From: Marsupella aquatica
Taxonomy: Eukaryota; Plantae; Marchantiophyta
NCBI GenBank assembly: GCA_973895155.1
Contig: OZ316895.1
Location: forward strand, 3,521,659-3,585,658
DNA length: 64,000 nt
Direction: 5' to 3'
The position numbers and the translations under genes are program-made. The notes beneath the pieces were generated by a model that did not search any database, was not told where the DNA came from, and saw only the letters and a program-made list of their open reading frames with translations. Positions within the stretch are counted from its first letter, which is position 1; each line of letters begins with the position of its first letter. Shown in pieces: positions 63,413 to 64,000 of this stretch.

Positions 63413-63553
63413 GTATCATGATTTATACTCCCGACCAAGCTTGGTATCTCTCCAATGTACATTTCAATCTCAGCACACTTGTGGTATCATGATTTATGCT
63501 CCCGACCAAGCTTGGCATCCCTCCAATGTACATTTCAATCTCAGCACACTTGT
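63413..63553. repeat. Two-copy tandem duplication (71-bp period)
   Basis: GTATCATGATTTAT.CTCCCGACCAAGCTTGG.ATC.CTCCAATGTACATTTCAATCTCAGCACACTTGT occurs twice. Confidence 0.88.
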
Positions 63554-64000
63554 TGCCATTCCGCCTTTCATTCAAGAAAAACTTGAGTCATCAATGAGGG
63601 GAAAAAAGTAGCAAAGTTTCCCCCTACATGGCGGTTCCGACACTTTCTGTCCATGCGGGTGCAAAAATTTCCAAAGAAAACCCTAGTGTGGTGTGAAGGA
63701 TGGCTTGTTTTCCAGTTGCCGTATACACTTGTTATCTTTGTATAATTAAGTATACATATCCAACCCTTCTGTTTCGCGTGGTTTTCCCTCCCCGCCGACG
63801 ATTCACGGCAACAGCGGCGGTGAAGCCCGACGGCTGCTTCCTCGCCGGTCGGCGTCGCGCGCAGCCCTTGTCGAGGAAACAGAGACGTCCTCCCCGCGAG
63901 TCTTTCCCGTTTCGCGAGACCGGCGACCGCGACCGCCGGCAGCCGTCACCTTCGCGAGGCCACGGCCCCGACGCCAGCCAGGTCCGCGCCCATTTTGGGG

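Overview
This is eukaryotic land-plant nuclear DNA, not prokaryotic. It has spliceosomal GT-AG introns, plant gene families and TTTAGGG telo-boxes; gene style suggests a bryophyte or other non-seed plant, which is an inference. Five protein-coding genes are supported: an intronless SEC13 (-), a head-to-head 4-exon chloroplast TPR gene of the SLOW GREEN 1 family (+), an intronless ARIADNE RBR E3 ligase (-), a 12-exon AVT1-type amino acid transporter (+), and a divergent F-box/kelch-like gene (+). The rest is intergenic and TE-rich. It includes a 1.95-kb Mutator-like element with long TIRs and a perfect 9-bp TSD, which carries a Copia-type solo LTR (5-bp TSD) inside its left TIR. There are also three MITEs with related termini, a second copy of the LTR next to a decayed gag, a ~290-bp foldback in the SEC13/SG1 divergent promoter, a GC-rich strand-asymmetric island, and degenerate repeat arrays on both sides of the ARIADNE gene. 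Many recent two-copy tandem duplications are scattered through the window. I found no clear new multi-gene system. The most curious items are the ARIADNE locus with its flanking motif arrays, the promoter foldback, and the repeat-built SEC13 leader with a duplicated start-codon context. All coordinates were read by eye, and most short ORFs in the supplied track are spurious.
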